From: Rhizaria sp. SCN 62-66
Taxonomy: Eukaryota
DNA length: 60,604 nt
Assembly (NCBI GenBank): GCA_001724265.1
Contig: MEDY01000028.1
Coordinates: 62,001 to 122,604, forward strand
Direction: 5' to 3'
Shown: positions 25,041-38,528 of the stretch, one piece after another
Numbering within the stretch: position 1 is the stretch's first letter
Layout: each line of letters starts with the position of its first letter
The notes under the pieces: model-generated
Databases searched by the model: none
What the model was told of the DNA's origin: nothing
Seen by the model: the letters and a program-made list of their open reading frames with translations, nothing else
Made by a program: the position numbers and the translations under genes

Positions 25041-26033
25041 GCGGCAGACCCGGGCGGCGGCAGCGGCAGCGCCCCAGGCGGCACTTGCGCCGGCACGGTC
25101 CCGGCCGCAGGCGGCGCGCCGGCAGCGTCGGACGCAGACCCCGCGTGCGCGTCCACACCGGGGGGCGACTGCATCCCGTGCCCGTGTCCGTGCATGTGCG
25201 CGTGCGCGTGGGCGTGCGCAGGGTGTGCGTAGACAGGGCCGGCCGCGCCGCCCGTGCCGCCGCCGCCGCCGTGCGAGTGCAGCAGCGCGTGCGCCGCAGC
25301 GAGCGCCACGTCAGCGATGTTTGCAGGCACAGTTGTCGCTGCCGCTGTGGTGGTCGCCGTCAACGCCGGGGGAGGCGCCGAGAGCGACGCCGAAGCAGGC
25401 GCAGCAACGAGCGCGCCGCCGCTGGTGCTGCTGCTCCTGAGCCCGGGCGTAGACGCGGCCTCAGTCGGGACAGCGGCAGCCGCGAGCGCGGGCGCGGGCG
25501 CAGCAGCGGTTGCTGCATGCTGCGCCGCGGGGACTGACTGCGGGGCCGCCATCGTCGTCACATGGGGCCGCTGCGCAGACGCGGCGCTACTGCTGGGCTC
25601 GGCGGCGCGGGCCGCGTCCTTGCTGCCGGGGGGATGCTGGCTGGACGTGGCCACAGCGGGGGTCGCGGCCGCGGGCACTGTGATCGACGCGGCGGCGGGC
25701 AGAGACGCGGCGGGCGCGCTGACTGAGGCGGGCAGCAGAGGCGGCGCCGTGAGCAAGCTGCCCTGCGTCGCGCGCGGAGGCGGCGTCGCGGCAGGGCTGC
25801 GGCCGTGGGCAAAGAACGTCGCCTGCGCCTGCGACGGGGATTGCGCAGGGCCGGAGCCGTTGGGCGGGACCCAATGCCCACCGTGTTGTGTCACACTGTG
25901 CTGTGCTCCACTGTGCTGACCGCCGTGGGACGTGCGGTAGAAGAAGCCCGCGCTCCCGGGCCGGGGCTGGGACTGCGGCTGCGGCTGCGGCTGCGCCGCG
26001 GAGTAGTTCTGCGGATACTGCTGTTGCTGTTGC

Positions 26034-26112
<79 letters not shown>

Positions 26113-27902
26113 GCTGTTGTTGGTACTGCTGCTGCTGTTGCTGATGCTGCTGCTGTTGCTGCTGGTGCAGCTGGAGCTGGCGCCGCGAGCCGGTCGTGCG
26201 GGGACTCACCACGGTCGGGTTCGCCGCAGGCGCGGGGTAGTAGACCCCTCCGTGGATATGGCCATGCGCCTGTAACGGGGTCTGTGTTTGCGACTGCGTT
26301 TGTGCGCTGGTTTGGCTGTGCGCGTGCGACAGCGCGTGCGACTGCGGTGCGGCCCCAGAGTTGTTGCTGTTGGGCCCGGATGTGGAGGCGGCGGCGCGCG
26401 GACTGGGCTGGCTCGCCGCGGCGGAGACGCCGTCGCAGACCGACTGGGGGCGCGGCGCCAGCGCCGCAGCAGGAGTCGCAGTCGTCGTCGCAGACCCGGG
26501 CATGTGGCCGTGACCGTGGCTTTGCCCGTGGCTGTGGCCGAGAGAAAGCGCCGGCTCAGAGACAGGCAGCTGCTCGACCGGCGGCATGGCGACCCCGAAG
26601 GCAACGGGCGCAGTCACGGGTGTCGAGGCGCTGTCCGCGTTGACCGCCACACTCACCGAGCGCCGCGCACCCCCGGGCCCTGTCGCACTCGCGCTGGCGC
26701 TGGCGCTCGCGCTGACGCCGGCGACGTTGGCGGCGGCGGCGGCGGAGGTCTTGACGCCGCGGCGACTCTGGCCCTGGCCTTGCCCCTGCGCCGCTTGACC
26801 AGAGCCCGGCTGCTGCGCAGCGCCCTGGCCGTAGCCGAACGCGGGGCGCGAGCCCGCGGCGGCGATGGCGGCCGAGGTGGGCGTGTTGGGCGAGTAGCGC
26901 ACTTGCACGTAGCCGTTGCTTGACGCAGCCACGCCGCGCCCGCTGTGACCGTGGCTGTGGCCGTGGGCGTAGCCGGAGCCAGACCCGTGGCCGTAGCCGC
27001 CGAAGCCGCCGTGGCCGTATCCTTGGTTGGAGTAGCCGTGTCCGTGTCCGTGGCCGCCGCTGCCGCCGCCGTGAGGCTGTTGGCTGTGCGCCGGACTGTT
27101 GCTGTACCGAGGAGTCAGCTGCGGGTCGCCAGGCGTTGCGGGCGGAGACGCGTCTGCCGCAGACCGGACTGTCTGACCGCCACCGCTAGTGTGAGTGACT
27201 GGCAGTGCGAGCAGCATACCGGTCGGCCCGGCCTCGCTCGGCCCAGCCAGCGGAGGCGCAGTCTGACCCTGACAGGGCTGACCGCTGATTTGACCGGGTG
27301 CACCGCCAGTTTGACCGGGAATTTGACCGGGTTGCGCGTCGGAGGACTGCACGTACGACGCGGCAACCCCGCGGCGCGGCATGGCGCTGGCGGGGCCGCC
27401 CAGCTGCAGCTGCTGCAGTTGCTGCGGCAGCGGCGGAGACGCGGGCGAGAGCGTCGGAGACACGTCGCCCACAGTCCGCGGCGCGTGCGCGTGTGTTGCT
27501 TGGGGCTGCGCATGTGTTTGTGCATGTGCGTGCGTGTGAGGATGCGCGTGCGGGTGCCCCGGCTGACCGTGCGCGGGCGCCGCGGGGTAGTAGTACCAAA
27601 ACACTGGCTGCTGCTGCGCGCTCTGCATTTGCGGACCAGGCTGCTGCGGACTGTGTTGCTGCGGGCTATGCTGCTGCAGCGGCGGCGCATCGTCACTGGT
27701 CGCGGATGTGGTCGCGGTATCGGGCCCTGGCTGCGGCGGCGGCAGCGGCAGCGAAGACGTGGGCGCGAGATAGACCTGACCGTTGGGCGCAACAATGTAC
27801 GCGAAGCCGGGCAGCGGCGTCGGCAGCGGCACCGGCATGGGGTACTGCTGCGGCGGCCCATGCTGGCTGTAGTGGACGCCGTGGGGCGGGCCGTAAAACT
27901 GC

Positions 27903-27934
<32 letters not shown>

Positions 27935-30710
27935 GTGATGATGATGTATGTGATGATGCGACTGCATCGCGTGTGCGTGTGCATTCGCGCCCGAAGTCGC
28001 GGCCGAGACCGCGGTCGACGTGCGCGTGAGCAGCAGCGGAGTCGACGCGGCGCTGCTGCCGTCTACGGTCCCCACGCTCATCATCATCATGCCGTTGCCC
28101 ATCGCTGCGCCGCTGCCGCTGCCGAGAGGGGCGCGCGCGCGGCCGAACGTGGGTCCCGGCGTCGGCCGCAGTGGGACGGCGATCGCGACCCCGGACTCCT
28201 CCGCAGCGGCGGCCGCAGCGGCAGCGGCAGCGGCAGCGTCGCCGCTGGTCGCCGCCATGGCAGTCGCCGCATGCGCGTGCGCGTGTGATGATCCGCCCGC
28301 GGTGACGAGCGCGCCGGGGGACGGCACGACAGGCGTCAGTGAGAGGCCCGCCAGTGCGCCGCCGCGGCCGCGGGCGAGGTGCGCTGCGGCCGCTGCCGCG
28401 TAGGGCGAGGCGGCGGCGCTGGCGCTGTAGTCGGGCTGCGAGCGCGCCGTGGGCCGCGCCGTCGCCGTCGTCATCAACGGCCTGTACCCAACCGAGCCGC
28501 CCGCCGTGCTGGGCGTCGCCGCCGCGAGGGGGGCCGCGGGCACCGCGAACTGCGCCTGCATCTGCGTCTGCGGGGCGGTGGCGAGCAAAGGCGTGGGCGC
28601 GGCGCTCGAGTCCGACTCCGCGGGGCTCGCGCGCGCAGCGCCGAGCTGGAGCTCGACGGATGTAGTCGCTACGGCAGCGGCGGAGGCCGCGCGGGCCGCG
28701 GGGGCAGAGGTTGCGGCGGCGGAGGCTCCACCGGCCGCGGGAGCAGCGCCGCGGCGGCGCGCGCCCGTCTGGCCGGGCCAAGGCAGCGCGAGGCGGTTGA
28801 ACAGGTGCTGCTGCCAGACCGGCATCGCGTTCCCGTTCGCTGCGCTGCCGCTGCTGTGGCCAGGGCCGCCGGACTTGTGCGCGGACTCGCCCGCGCTCGC
28901 GGTTGCGGTTGCAGTGCCGCCAGAGAGGCCGCCTGCGTCGTGCGCGGAGTCCGCAGCGCCAGAGGTAAGTGCGGAGTGTTTCGTCGCGTCTGACTGTGAA
29001 GGAGCAGCAGTGGTGACCGAGGCCGCGAGCATGGCCGAGTGCGCCGAAGCCTTGTAGTTGTCGAACGGCAGGCGCTTGGCCCACCGCGCGACCAAGTACA
29101 CCGCTGCGTCGGGCGCCGTGCACAGCGCAGACAGCTTCGCACGCGCGAGCGTCTCAAGTGAGGCGCTGCTGTTCGAAGCGGACGATGGCGACGGTGCCAG
29201 TGGCGGCGGCACGAGGCTCCGCAGCGCAGCAGATGCTGTGGCAACGGCGGATGCCGTCGTCGGACAGAGCGCCGCGGCGGCGACGGAGGCGGCGGACAGC
29301 GCGGCGGCCGTGGCGCGCGCACAACGGCGCGCGAGCCAGGCTGGGAGACGGCCACCGTGGAGAGCTGCGACGCAGCGGCGCACAGCGGTGTCGCCCGCGT
29401 CAGAGTCGGCGAAGTGGACGAAGACGCCCGAGTGCAGCGATACACACGGCGGCGGCGGCGCCATCGCGGGCGCAGCCGCACCCGCACTCGCGCTCGAAGC
29501 AGGCGCGACGGTGGACAGAGAGCTGCCCGCACTAGCACACGCGCTCGCAGTCGCGGTTGCGGTGGCTGCGGGCTGCGCGACAGTGCGCGTGGGCGCGACG
29601 GGCGTGTTGGCCGCGGAGGAGGAGCCCGCGCCGTAGGCAGCGAGGAGCGCGGCGGCCTCGGTGCTCGCGCGCGGGAGACGGCGGAAGAACGCGCTGGGCG
29701 ACGGCGCGGCTGACTCGGCAATGGTGGCCATTACAGGCGCGGCAGCGGCGACGACGGCGGCGGCGGCCGGCGTCCCGGGGGGCTGCAGCGAGCCGAGAGG
29801 CGGGAATGCCGGGTCGTCTTCGGCGATTGTGATCACAGTGATCACGTCGTCACTCTCGCTCTCGGTCGCACTCTCAGTCGCGGTCGCCGTGTCACCGTCA
29901 GCCGCGGTCAGGGCGGTGTGTGCGGCTGCGGTGGCCGGAGCATGCGCGTGTTCGGAGAGGTAAAAGTTCTCGTCGATGTACGCGTCGTCGTTGAACGGGC
30001 ACACACGGGGTGGGAACGATCCAGTCACGACGGTCACGGGGCCGAATTGAGCGAAAAACGCCTTGAGCTCCGCGACCGTCAGAGCCGTCGCGCCCTCCTC
30101 GCCCCATTGCTGCTCTAGCTCGCTCTCCGCGTTGCCGTTAGCGCCAGTGCCAGCGCCAGCGTCAGTGTTGGTGTCGGCGCCGGAGCCAGTGCCGGGGAAA
30201 TGGCGCGCGAGCAGCGCGTCGGCGGCGGGATTCCGGTCCCCCACAGCGCGCGCGTCTGCCAGCGGCATCGGACTGAGCACGCGCAGCGGCACGCACGAAG
30301 CGGCAGTGCGCAGCGCCGCGGGCGGCAGCCAGGGCGCCACGGCGCACAACGGCAGTGCAGGGGACAGCGCCAGCAGCACGGCGCGCAGTGCGGCGGGGTC
30401 ACCCGCGGCGGCCGCAGAGGTTAGCGAGGGCGGGAATGGCGGCAGCACAGGCGCAGGCACCGCCGCTGAGAGCGTCGCCGCAGGGGCCGTGGAGGTCGCG
30501 GCCGTAGCGGCGGTGCTGGATGACGCGGCGGTGCGGCTGGCCATGGAGGAGTCGCCCGTCGCGGTCGTCACCGTCGACGCGAGCGCGTTGATGCGGCGCG
30601 TGGCGGCACGCGCGGACGCCGGCGGGGACGACGACGCTGCGTGTGAGCTGAGCGACGAATCGAGCAGCAGCTCGAGGCACGTCTCGGACCGGTGCGGCGA
30701 GCCTCCGTGA

Positions 30711-30751
<41 letters not shown>

Positions 30752-33700
30752 CGCAGAGGCGGGCTCGACGGCGGCCTGGGACGACGCGGCGGCGAGGTCA
30801 GTCGTCGCGGGGACACCAGCGACTTCTGCCGCGGCTGCGGCTGCGGTGGTCGCAGCGTCGGCGCGGAGGCCCAAGGCGGCGTGCGCGTCCATGAAGAGCG
30901 AGCGGCCGCTGGAGTAGCGTGCCGACGTGGCGCGATCCCCGGCCGCCGCAGCCGTTACACATTCAGCGCCCTGCGCCACGCTTGACTCAGCGGCCCCGGA
31001 CCCGGAAGCGACGCCGACACCGACACCGGCCACGGCGGCGTCGGCTGCGCCGCCAGAGGAGTCGGACGAGTCGACGCCGGCGCCCGACCGCTCGCCGGAG
31101 GGCGCGTGGATCGAGCTGAGCGACCAGCGCACGGAGGACTGCGATGGCCGCTGCGACTGCAAGTGTTCCCGTGAGTGCTCCTGCGAGTGTTCGCGCGATT
31201 CCCGCGAGTGCTCGTCGGACCGCACGCGGGAATGGCCCGGGGACGAGTCGGGCGATGCCTCGACGCCGATGCGCGGCGGACCCCCGCCAGTGGCGGCCCG
31301 CGGGCCAGCGCCAGCGCCCGCGTTTGTGGGGGCAGCGGCGACGCCGGGCGCTGCGGTCGACGCCGTGTTTGAAGCGGCAAGCGCACGATCGCGGTCACGG
31401 TCACGTGGCAGAAGCTCGCGGAGCGCGTCCAAATGCGCGCCATTGCTGGCGGCGTCGCTGTTGTCGGTCCCGGTGGTGATGGAGCTCGCAGTGACGGAGC
31501 TCATCGTCGTCGCCATCGACAGCGCACGCTCACGCTCTGGCAGCCGCGCGCCGCCGCCGCCGCCGCCGCCGCCGCTGGTGGTGGTGACCCCGCCGGGCAC
31601 GGTGCGCGTGGCCTTGCCAGCGGTGGAGACCATGACGGCATCGTCCACTCTCTCGCCGCGTACATGCGCTTTCTCCCCAGTCGCCGTCGTCGCTGTCATC
31701 TTCGCCAGCGCGCGCGTGGAACCAGACTCGACGTTCGCAGCATTCGCGCGTGCGAGAGCGAGGGGCACGACGGGGCGTTCGGCGACGGTCTTAATGAAGA
31801 GCACGTTGCGCTGCAGACTGGTGTCGGCCCATAGTACGCGGGCGGGGGCGGGACCGCCGAGGTCGGCCAAGTGCAGGCGGCGCTTCGCGGCCTCGGCGGA
31901 CTCGCGGTGACGGAAGCGCACGCTTGCCGTCACAGTGGCAGCGGCCCCATGCACACTTGCACAGGTGCCCGCGGTGGCGGCGGCGTTCGCGGCAGCGCTG
32001 TCTGCGCAGCCACCGGAGGCAGCGTCAGCAGTAGCAGGAGCGGTATGTTGTTGTTGGTGGTTGTCGGCGTCGCTCTCCGACGAGACAGCAGCGGCAGAAG
32101 CAGCGGCGGGGACAGAACCGGGGGCAACGGGCTACGCGCTTGCAGCGGCGACAGGCGCGGCGCTGGCGGGCGCGGGGCCCGGCGTGACCGAGACGAACAC
32201 GTCTTCCTCGACGATGGGTCCGAACGCGCTGGCGAGCGACGCGACAGCGTGCGCGCTCACATTCGCGGGAAGCCCCGTGATGAGCAGCGCCGTGTTCGGC
32301 TGCGCCCAGCCGACGCGGAGCCTGTGTCCGGCCCAAAGCGCGCCCGACAGCCGCGCCTTAGCCCTGGCGGCGGCGGTTGAGCTGGTGAACTCGACGAAGC
32401 CGTACCGCAGCGAGCGCTGGTTGCGGCGGTCGCGTTTGAGCTCGGTCTGCGCCACGGCGCCCGGTCCGCCGCAGAGCGCGTGCAGCATCTCCGGCGTCGC
32501 GAACGGCGGCAGGTCGCCTAGAAACAGCAGGCGCGGCGGGGCGCAGACCGCGGAGCCGGGGTCGGAGCCCGCGGCGGGACTCGAGCCGGCGGCGCAGCCG
32601 GTCGCGGAGGCGGTCGTCGACGGGCAGTCAGCGGCGGCGGCGGAGGCAGCGGCGGCCGAGTGGAGGAGACCGAGGTCCGTGCGCTTGCGGCCGCGGCCGC
32701 GCGCGCCGCGCATCAGCGCCGGTGACGGCGTCTGGCCCGTCGCTGCAACCGTCGCACAAATCGTCGAAACAGCAGTTGCAACGGCACCGGTGGACGTTGC
32801 GGCGGCAGCGAACCCAGGCTCGGGCTCATGCGATGTGGGCTCGGTCACAGGCGCGGCGTCGCTATTGCTGGTGACCGCGGTCACGGCTGCGGCGAGCGCA
32901 GCGGTGGCGAGAACAGCGGGCGACAGACCGGCATCAGCGGCGACTGCGTTCGCGCCACTGGGCGAGTCCGCGGCCTCGGCCAGCGTCTCCAGCGCGAGCG
33001 CGAGCGCCAGCGGCGGCGTGACCGGCGCGGACCCCGCGACCGGAACACCCACGGGCCGCGCCGCTCTGGTGGCCGCCGCAGCGCTGACCGGCGCGGCGAC
33101 CGACGGCGGGGCGCTGGCGGGCACGACGGGCACGGCGGGTGTGTGCTGCACCGAGTCGTCGGAGCCAGTGATCGGCGTGATGGCCGACACGTGCGCCGGC
33201 GTCACAGTCTCTCTCTCCGTCTCCGCGACCGTCTCCGGCACAGGCACAGGCACGGGCGCGCGCGCCGGTGTGGCGAGCAGGGGCGTGAGCAGAGACGCGG
33301 CCACGGCGGCGGCGGGCGCGGGCATCGGCGCGAGCGTCGATGGCGTCGCGGGCGCGGGCACGGCGCGCATCGGTTCGGCCCCGAACACGTCGGGAACGGA
33401 GATGTGCGACGGCGAACGCTTGTGCCGCCGCGCCAGCGCAGCCGCAGCGGCGGCCGCGGCGGCGGACGTGGGCGAGACCGCGTCGGGCGCGACCACGCCG
33501 TCGCCGGGGGCGCCGCTGGCGACTGTAGACAGCTCCGGCACGGCCAGCAAACTGCGGCGGCCGCTGAGCGGCTGGTAATCAGCATCGCTACCGTCGCCGC
33601 TGGCCGAGTCGCTGTCGCTGCAGCTGCAGGAGCGCGAGCCGTCGTCGGGACACGCAGCGCTCGATAAGTCGCCCGTCGCGGTCGAGTCGGTCGTCGCGCG

Positions 33701-36700
33701 CGTAGTGCCGCGGCGCCGCGTGAGCAGCTTCACCGACGCCGGCGCGGTCGCGCTTGTCGTTGAACCAATGCCAGCGCCAGCGCCAGCGGCGGCGGCGGCG
33801 GCCGCGATGGCCTCGGCGGCGGTCAGGGGCGCGGCGCCCGCGTCAGCGGTTGAGATGGCGGCCGAGCCCGAGGCCGAGGCGGATACCGCGGCGGCCGCGT
33901 CGGCGGCGGTGTGGCGGCGGCAGCGGTGGTGCTGTCGGCGGCGGCTGCGGCCTTCGCTGAGGTACGACGTGCCGCGTGAGCCGCTGCGCGATCTCGATCT
34001 CGCGCCGGCCTCACCGGGGCCGAACCCGACGCCCGCGCCACCGCCCGCGGTCGGCGACACCACGGCAGCGGCGTGGGCGGCGCGCGGACCGGCGATCGAA
34101 GTACCCGCCGTGCCAGTGCCGGTGCCGCTGCTAGGGCTAGCGAGGGAGACGGCGAGACCGGACTGCGCATGCGACTGCGAGTGGGGCAGCGAGCTCGTGT
34201 GCGAATGAACTTGTGAGTGAACTTGTGAGTGCACTTGCGAGTTCGCGAGTGAGGGGACGTGCGAGTGCGTGTGCAAGGACGACGACGGAGACGCAGCCGC
34301 GGGGCCAGACATGGCGCCCGAGCCGTCGACAATCAGCACGGGCGCAGGACCAGCCGCACGCACACGCTGCTCACGGTCGCTGCGCTCACGGTCAGTCGAC
34401 ACCGAGGACGAGTCGGAGCCCGTGGCGCGGAAATGGGCTGCGGACAACAGCGCGGGGGCCGCGGTGGGTCCCATGTAGGGCGACACGGGTCGTGACGCAG
34501 TGTGCAGCAACAGAGCGGAAACGCGGTCAAGCGCTTCGGCGCGCGCGGCGGAGGCTGCGGAGACAGAGTACACGGCGTGAGGCGCTGCGATCGTGTTCAC
34601 TGAGTCAGTCGAGGCAGTGTTAGCAGCATGCGAGGACGAGGACGCCGCCGAACGTGACGAAGACGAGGACGACGACAGAGCTGACGTTGCCAGCGAGGAT
34701 GATGATGACGAGGACGACGCCGACGCGGAGGATGGCGCCGCCGTCAGTGCGTTCGCGGCCAAGAACGCCGGCGGCGGCACTGACATTGACGTGGGCACTG
34801 GCGCGGGCGCGGTAGGCGCGGCAGGCGCAAGAGCGGAGGAAAGCGAGAGTGCGTCAGACGCACTGTTGCTGCGGCTGCCCCCTGGCGTCTGCAGCGCGGA
34901 CGCAAGCGCGTGTGTTGCCGACTGCGCAAAGGACGCTCTCGCGCTCACACTCTCAATGTGCGCGGCGCTCTGCGCGCCAACAGCGGCGGCCGGTGCGGCG
35001 GCGGCGGCTTGCACGGCGGCGGCGGCGGCGGCTTGTGAGGCAACATCAGCAGCGGCGGCGGCGCGTGGTGTCGGGGTGTAGCGCGCATCCAGCCCTCGCG
35101 GGGACGCGGGGGACGAGCTGGCGCACTCGTCGCCCTCTTCGACCACAAGTCCCTGCGGTGACACAGTCGTCGCGACCGTGTTGCCCCCTGCCGTGAGAAG
35201 GGGCGTCGTCGAGGTGGAGATGAAGGTGGTGAACGGTGCGGGCGCGGGCGCGAGAGCGGCTACGTCGTGTTCCTGCGCCCCCTCAGCCGCGGTGACGGAC
35301 TCCTGGGCGTCGGTCAAAGAGAGAGTGAGCGATTGTGCGTCCGCCGACGTCGCCGCTGACGCCACTGAGAACGCCGACACGGCCGAGGACCGGTGCGCAA
35401 GCGAGCGCCGCTGCCGCCCGCCGCCGCCGCTGCCTCCGGCCGCCGCGGTGGTGCCGTTGAGCGGGGCGGCGGTGAACGTGCGCGGGAGCGACGCGCCGCC
35501 CAGGGACACGCCGTGGACGGACTGCGGCGACACGGACGAGTGCACTGACGCGGACGGCGCGAGAGTCGTAGGCGCCAGCGGCCAGGACTCGCCGCTGGCG
35601 CCGACGACTTGGCTGCCGCCGCCGCGACTGCCGCTGCCGCCGCCGCGGCTGCCGCCGCCGCGCGCGCTGGCTCTGGAGCTGGCGGTGACGGCGACGACTG
35701 ACCCGGCCACCACCGCGGCGGCGGCGGCGGCGGACGACGACGAGTAGGATGCAGCGGCATGTGCGCACTGGCACACATGGGCACGCGTACCGTCACGCGC
35801 ACCCACCGACGGCCCGCTGCCCGCGGCTCTGGTGGTGCTGCTGCCGTCACAACTGCCCTCGTAGCCGCTGCGGGCGTCGTCGACGTCAAACCCCTCGGCC
35901 TCGTCTCCGTCCGCGTCCACGTCCGCGTCGGCGGCGTCGGCGTCGGCCGAGCTGACCGTGGTGGCGCCGTGTTGCGATGCGCGGTGCGGCGCGACCCCCG
36001 CGGCCGCGGCGGCCGCGGTGCCGGCGGAGGACAACGCGGCGGCCGCGGCCGCGGCGGCGGAGGAGGAGGACTCGGCGCCCGTGGCGGTGCGGCGCTTGAG
36101 ACGGCCCGCGGCCAGCGCGGCGGCTTCGGCGGCGAACGCGAGGCTCTTGTTGCGGCACTGGGGCCCGCAGACGAGCAGGGTCCCTGTCGGCAGCGTGCTC
36201 AGTTGTGGCCCGAGAGCGTGTGTCCCCGGTCCTGGTACGCGGGACCCGGCGGGCGCGGCGGCGACGGTCGCGACAACTGCGGTGACGGCGCCGCCTGGAC
36301 TTGCCCAGACGAGGCGGGGAAGCGCACTGCCGACGAGGCCGGGACCGGCGCTGCTGGCGCTGGCGCTGGCGCTAGGCGGGTCTGCGGACAGCGGCGTGAG
36401 CGCGACGTCTTTGCCGTAGCACAGCAACAGGGGCAGCGCGCCCGTGGTAAGCCCCGCGCCCACCGACGCGGCCTTGGCCAGCGGGACCTCGCCCGTGACG
36501 GGCGACGGCTCGAGCGCGGAGATCGAGATCGGGGACGCGAATGCCGCGGCTGCGGCGGCCGCGGTGGCTGCGGCGTCGGCGGGCGCGTCGGTCTCGCTGT
36601 CGCGGTCGCTGGCCACTCTGCCTCTCGAGTTGAGGTGACCGTGACCGTGGCCGTGACCGTGGGTCCCGACGGGACCTTGCTGGGGGGACACGGCCGTAGC

Positions 36701-37465
36701 GCCCGAGGAGGCAGCGGCGGCGGCGGCGGCAGCGGCAGTCACGGCAAATGCGGAGACTGCCGCGTTCGCCGAGGCGGCGGTGCGCAGTGAGCGCGGGAGC
36801 GTAGGCGCGGACTGGAACCCCGTCGCCGCGGCCGCTTGAGCAGCCGCCGACGCCTGCGAGACGACTGCGTTGGCGTCCAGAGAGGCGTCGACGCTGTTGT
36901 TGCGGCCGAACGAGACCGAATCCACGGTGCGCGCAGAGTGCAGCGTGGGCGGCGGCGTTGTGTCAACAGCAGCGGCGGCGGTGGCGACAGCGGCAGCGTT
37001 AGTGGCAGCGGCGGCGTTTGGCTGTGTTGCAGCGGCGTCTGGCTGCGGTTGAGGTATGAGTGGCACGGCGGCGTCCGAGGCGGCGTCGACTGAGGCGGCG
37101 TCGGAAGCGGCGGTGTGGGAAGAATATGCGGGGGCTGAACCCGTTGCGAGGCCAGGCGAGACACCGGCAGCACCGTGCGGCTGGAGCAGCTGCGTCTGTG
37201 CCTGCGAGTGTGTCAGCAAAGAAGATGTGTCACTCTGAGCAGCAGCAGTCGCCGCGGGCGCGGCAGCAGAAGCTGAGGATGAGGATGAGGCGGTGGCGTC
37301 AGGGGCAACGGGATCGGCCTGAGGGTGCGGCGGCAACGGCGGCTGAGACAGCGGCGGCTGCGGCGGCGAAGGGGACGAGCGGGACGGCGGCGGCACAGTG
37401 GCGGCGGCCGGCCCGGTCGGCGGTGCAGAGGCAGGGGACGCGGGGGCGACGGGGCTGCGGGGCAT
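22187..37465 (-). CDS. Giant (~5090 aa) low-complexity RNA-binding protein with three RRM-like domains; one in-frame TAG at 32132-32134
   Basis: ORFs 32132-37606 and 22187-31954 share a frame; the 59 codons between them have no stop after the single TAG. RRM1 LFLGDLP...YGFVEF...LRVGWA, RRM2 LLITGLP...ASVRF...RVLWA, split RRM3. Ala/Gln/His/Pro-rich. First in-frame ATG is 37465; an upstream exon is possible. Ends in TAA. Confidence 0.75.
26018..26172 (-). repeat. Coding (CAA/CAG)n microsatellite giving a long polyglutamine tract
   Basis: Pure (TTG)n run on the + strand at about 26034-26112, with mixed CTG/TTG flanks. Confidence 0.95.
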
Positions 37466-38528
37466 GCACCGGAGCAGAACGAGCGACGAAGGGCGCGGAG
37501 CTGCGGGAGACGAGTGGGACGCGGATGCGTGCGGGGGATTCCCCGGCGCAAAGCGGGGCGAAAGGTGACCCGGGGGCGGTGCGGCGTTACTCGGAGAGGA
37601 CGTCAATGGCGTGGGCAGGAGACAAGTGGCTGCGGCAGAACGACATTATGCTGATTTTTAAGGCCGTCCGAATCGTGTGGGCGGCTATTAGATGTAAAAA
37701 GTAGTAAAATAGACGAGATATCCAACGTTGATCGGGTTTTGTCGTCATAGCGAAGTGTGAGCCAGAAGAATTGGAGGAGAGGATGAGAATCGATCTGGCG
37801 ATGCGCAAGTGAATTATTCTCCACGTAGTATCTCACGACAGACTGGATTTTGAGCGAATCTATCAAAATATTAGAAAACCATTCCACGTCTTAAAGTTAT
37901 AACGAGAGTGACATTTGAATTTGTCGACCGTATGCATCGTTTTGAGCTCGCGACAAAGAGCCGAATTGGGAGCGCTGCGACCGAATTTGGACGACTCTGG
38001 TTCTGTGAGCGACGGCCCGAAAAGGTTGTTCAACGCAGATACAGCACATAGGAGGCTAGAATTCGAGTATATTTTGTGTATATCACGCCAATACGCAGTA
38101 TATAATTTCAGTGCTATGTAGATATTCGACAAAATCGGTCTCTGCCTCATCTAGAGGAAGACTTTCCGCAAAGCTCTCCTTGTGATGTCTTGGCCATCTA
38201 GACCCGCCGCGATACACACAGGAGGAGATAGATCAACAATGGACACATTTCCGAGCCATCACCAAGATAGAGCCATATAAGCAGCAACGCACCCCGACAT
38301 CGATCACGAGGCCGCCCCCACGTGTACAGCGCGAAGTTGCACGCCTCCTCAAACGAGTAGGTGACATGAGTACATTGCCCAGGCACAGCCCGTCGCAATT
38401 ATTGCAGAGGAGAACGTATAACAGTCAGAACACTGTCGTTATATCGGGACAAACAGCCACAGCGTAGAAAAATAGACACAATATTGTTCTCTAGACACCC
38501 ACGACATTTGCCAGGGGCATTGAAGCTG

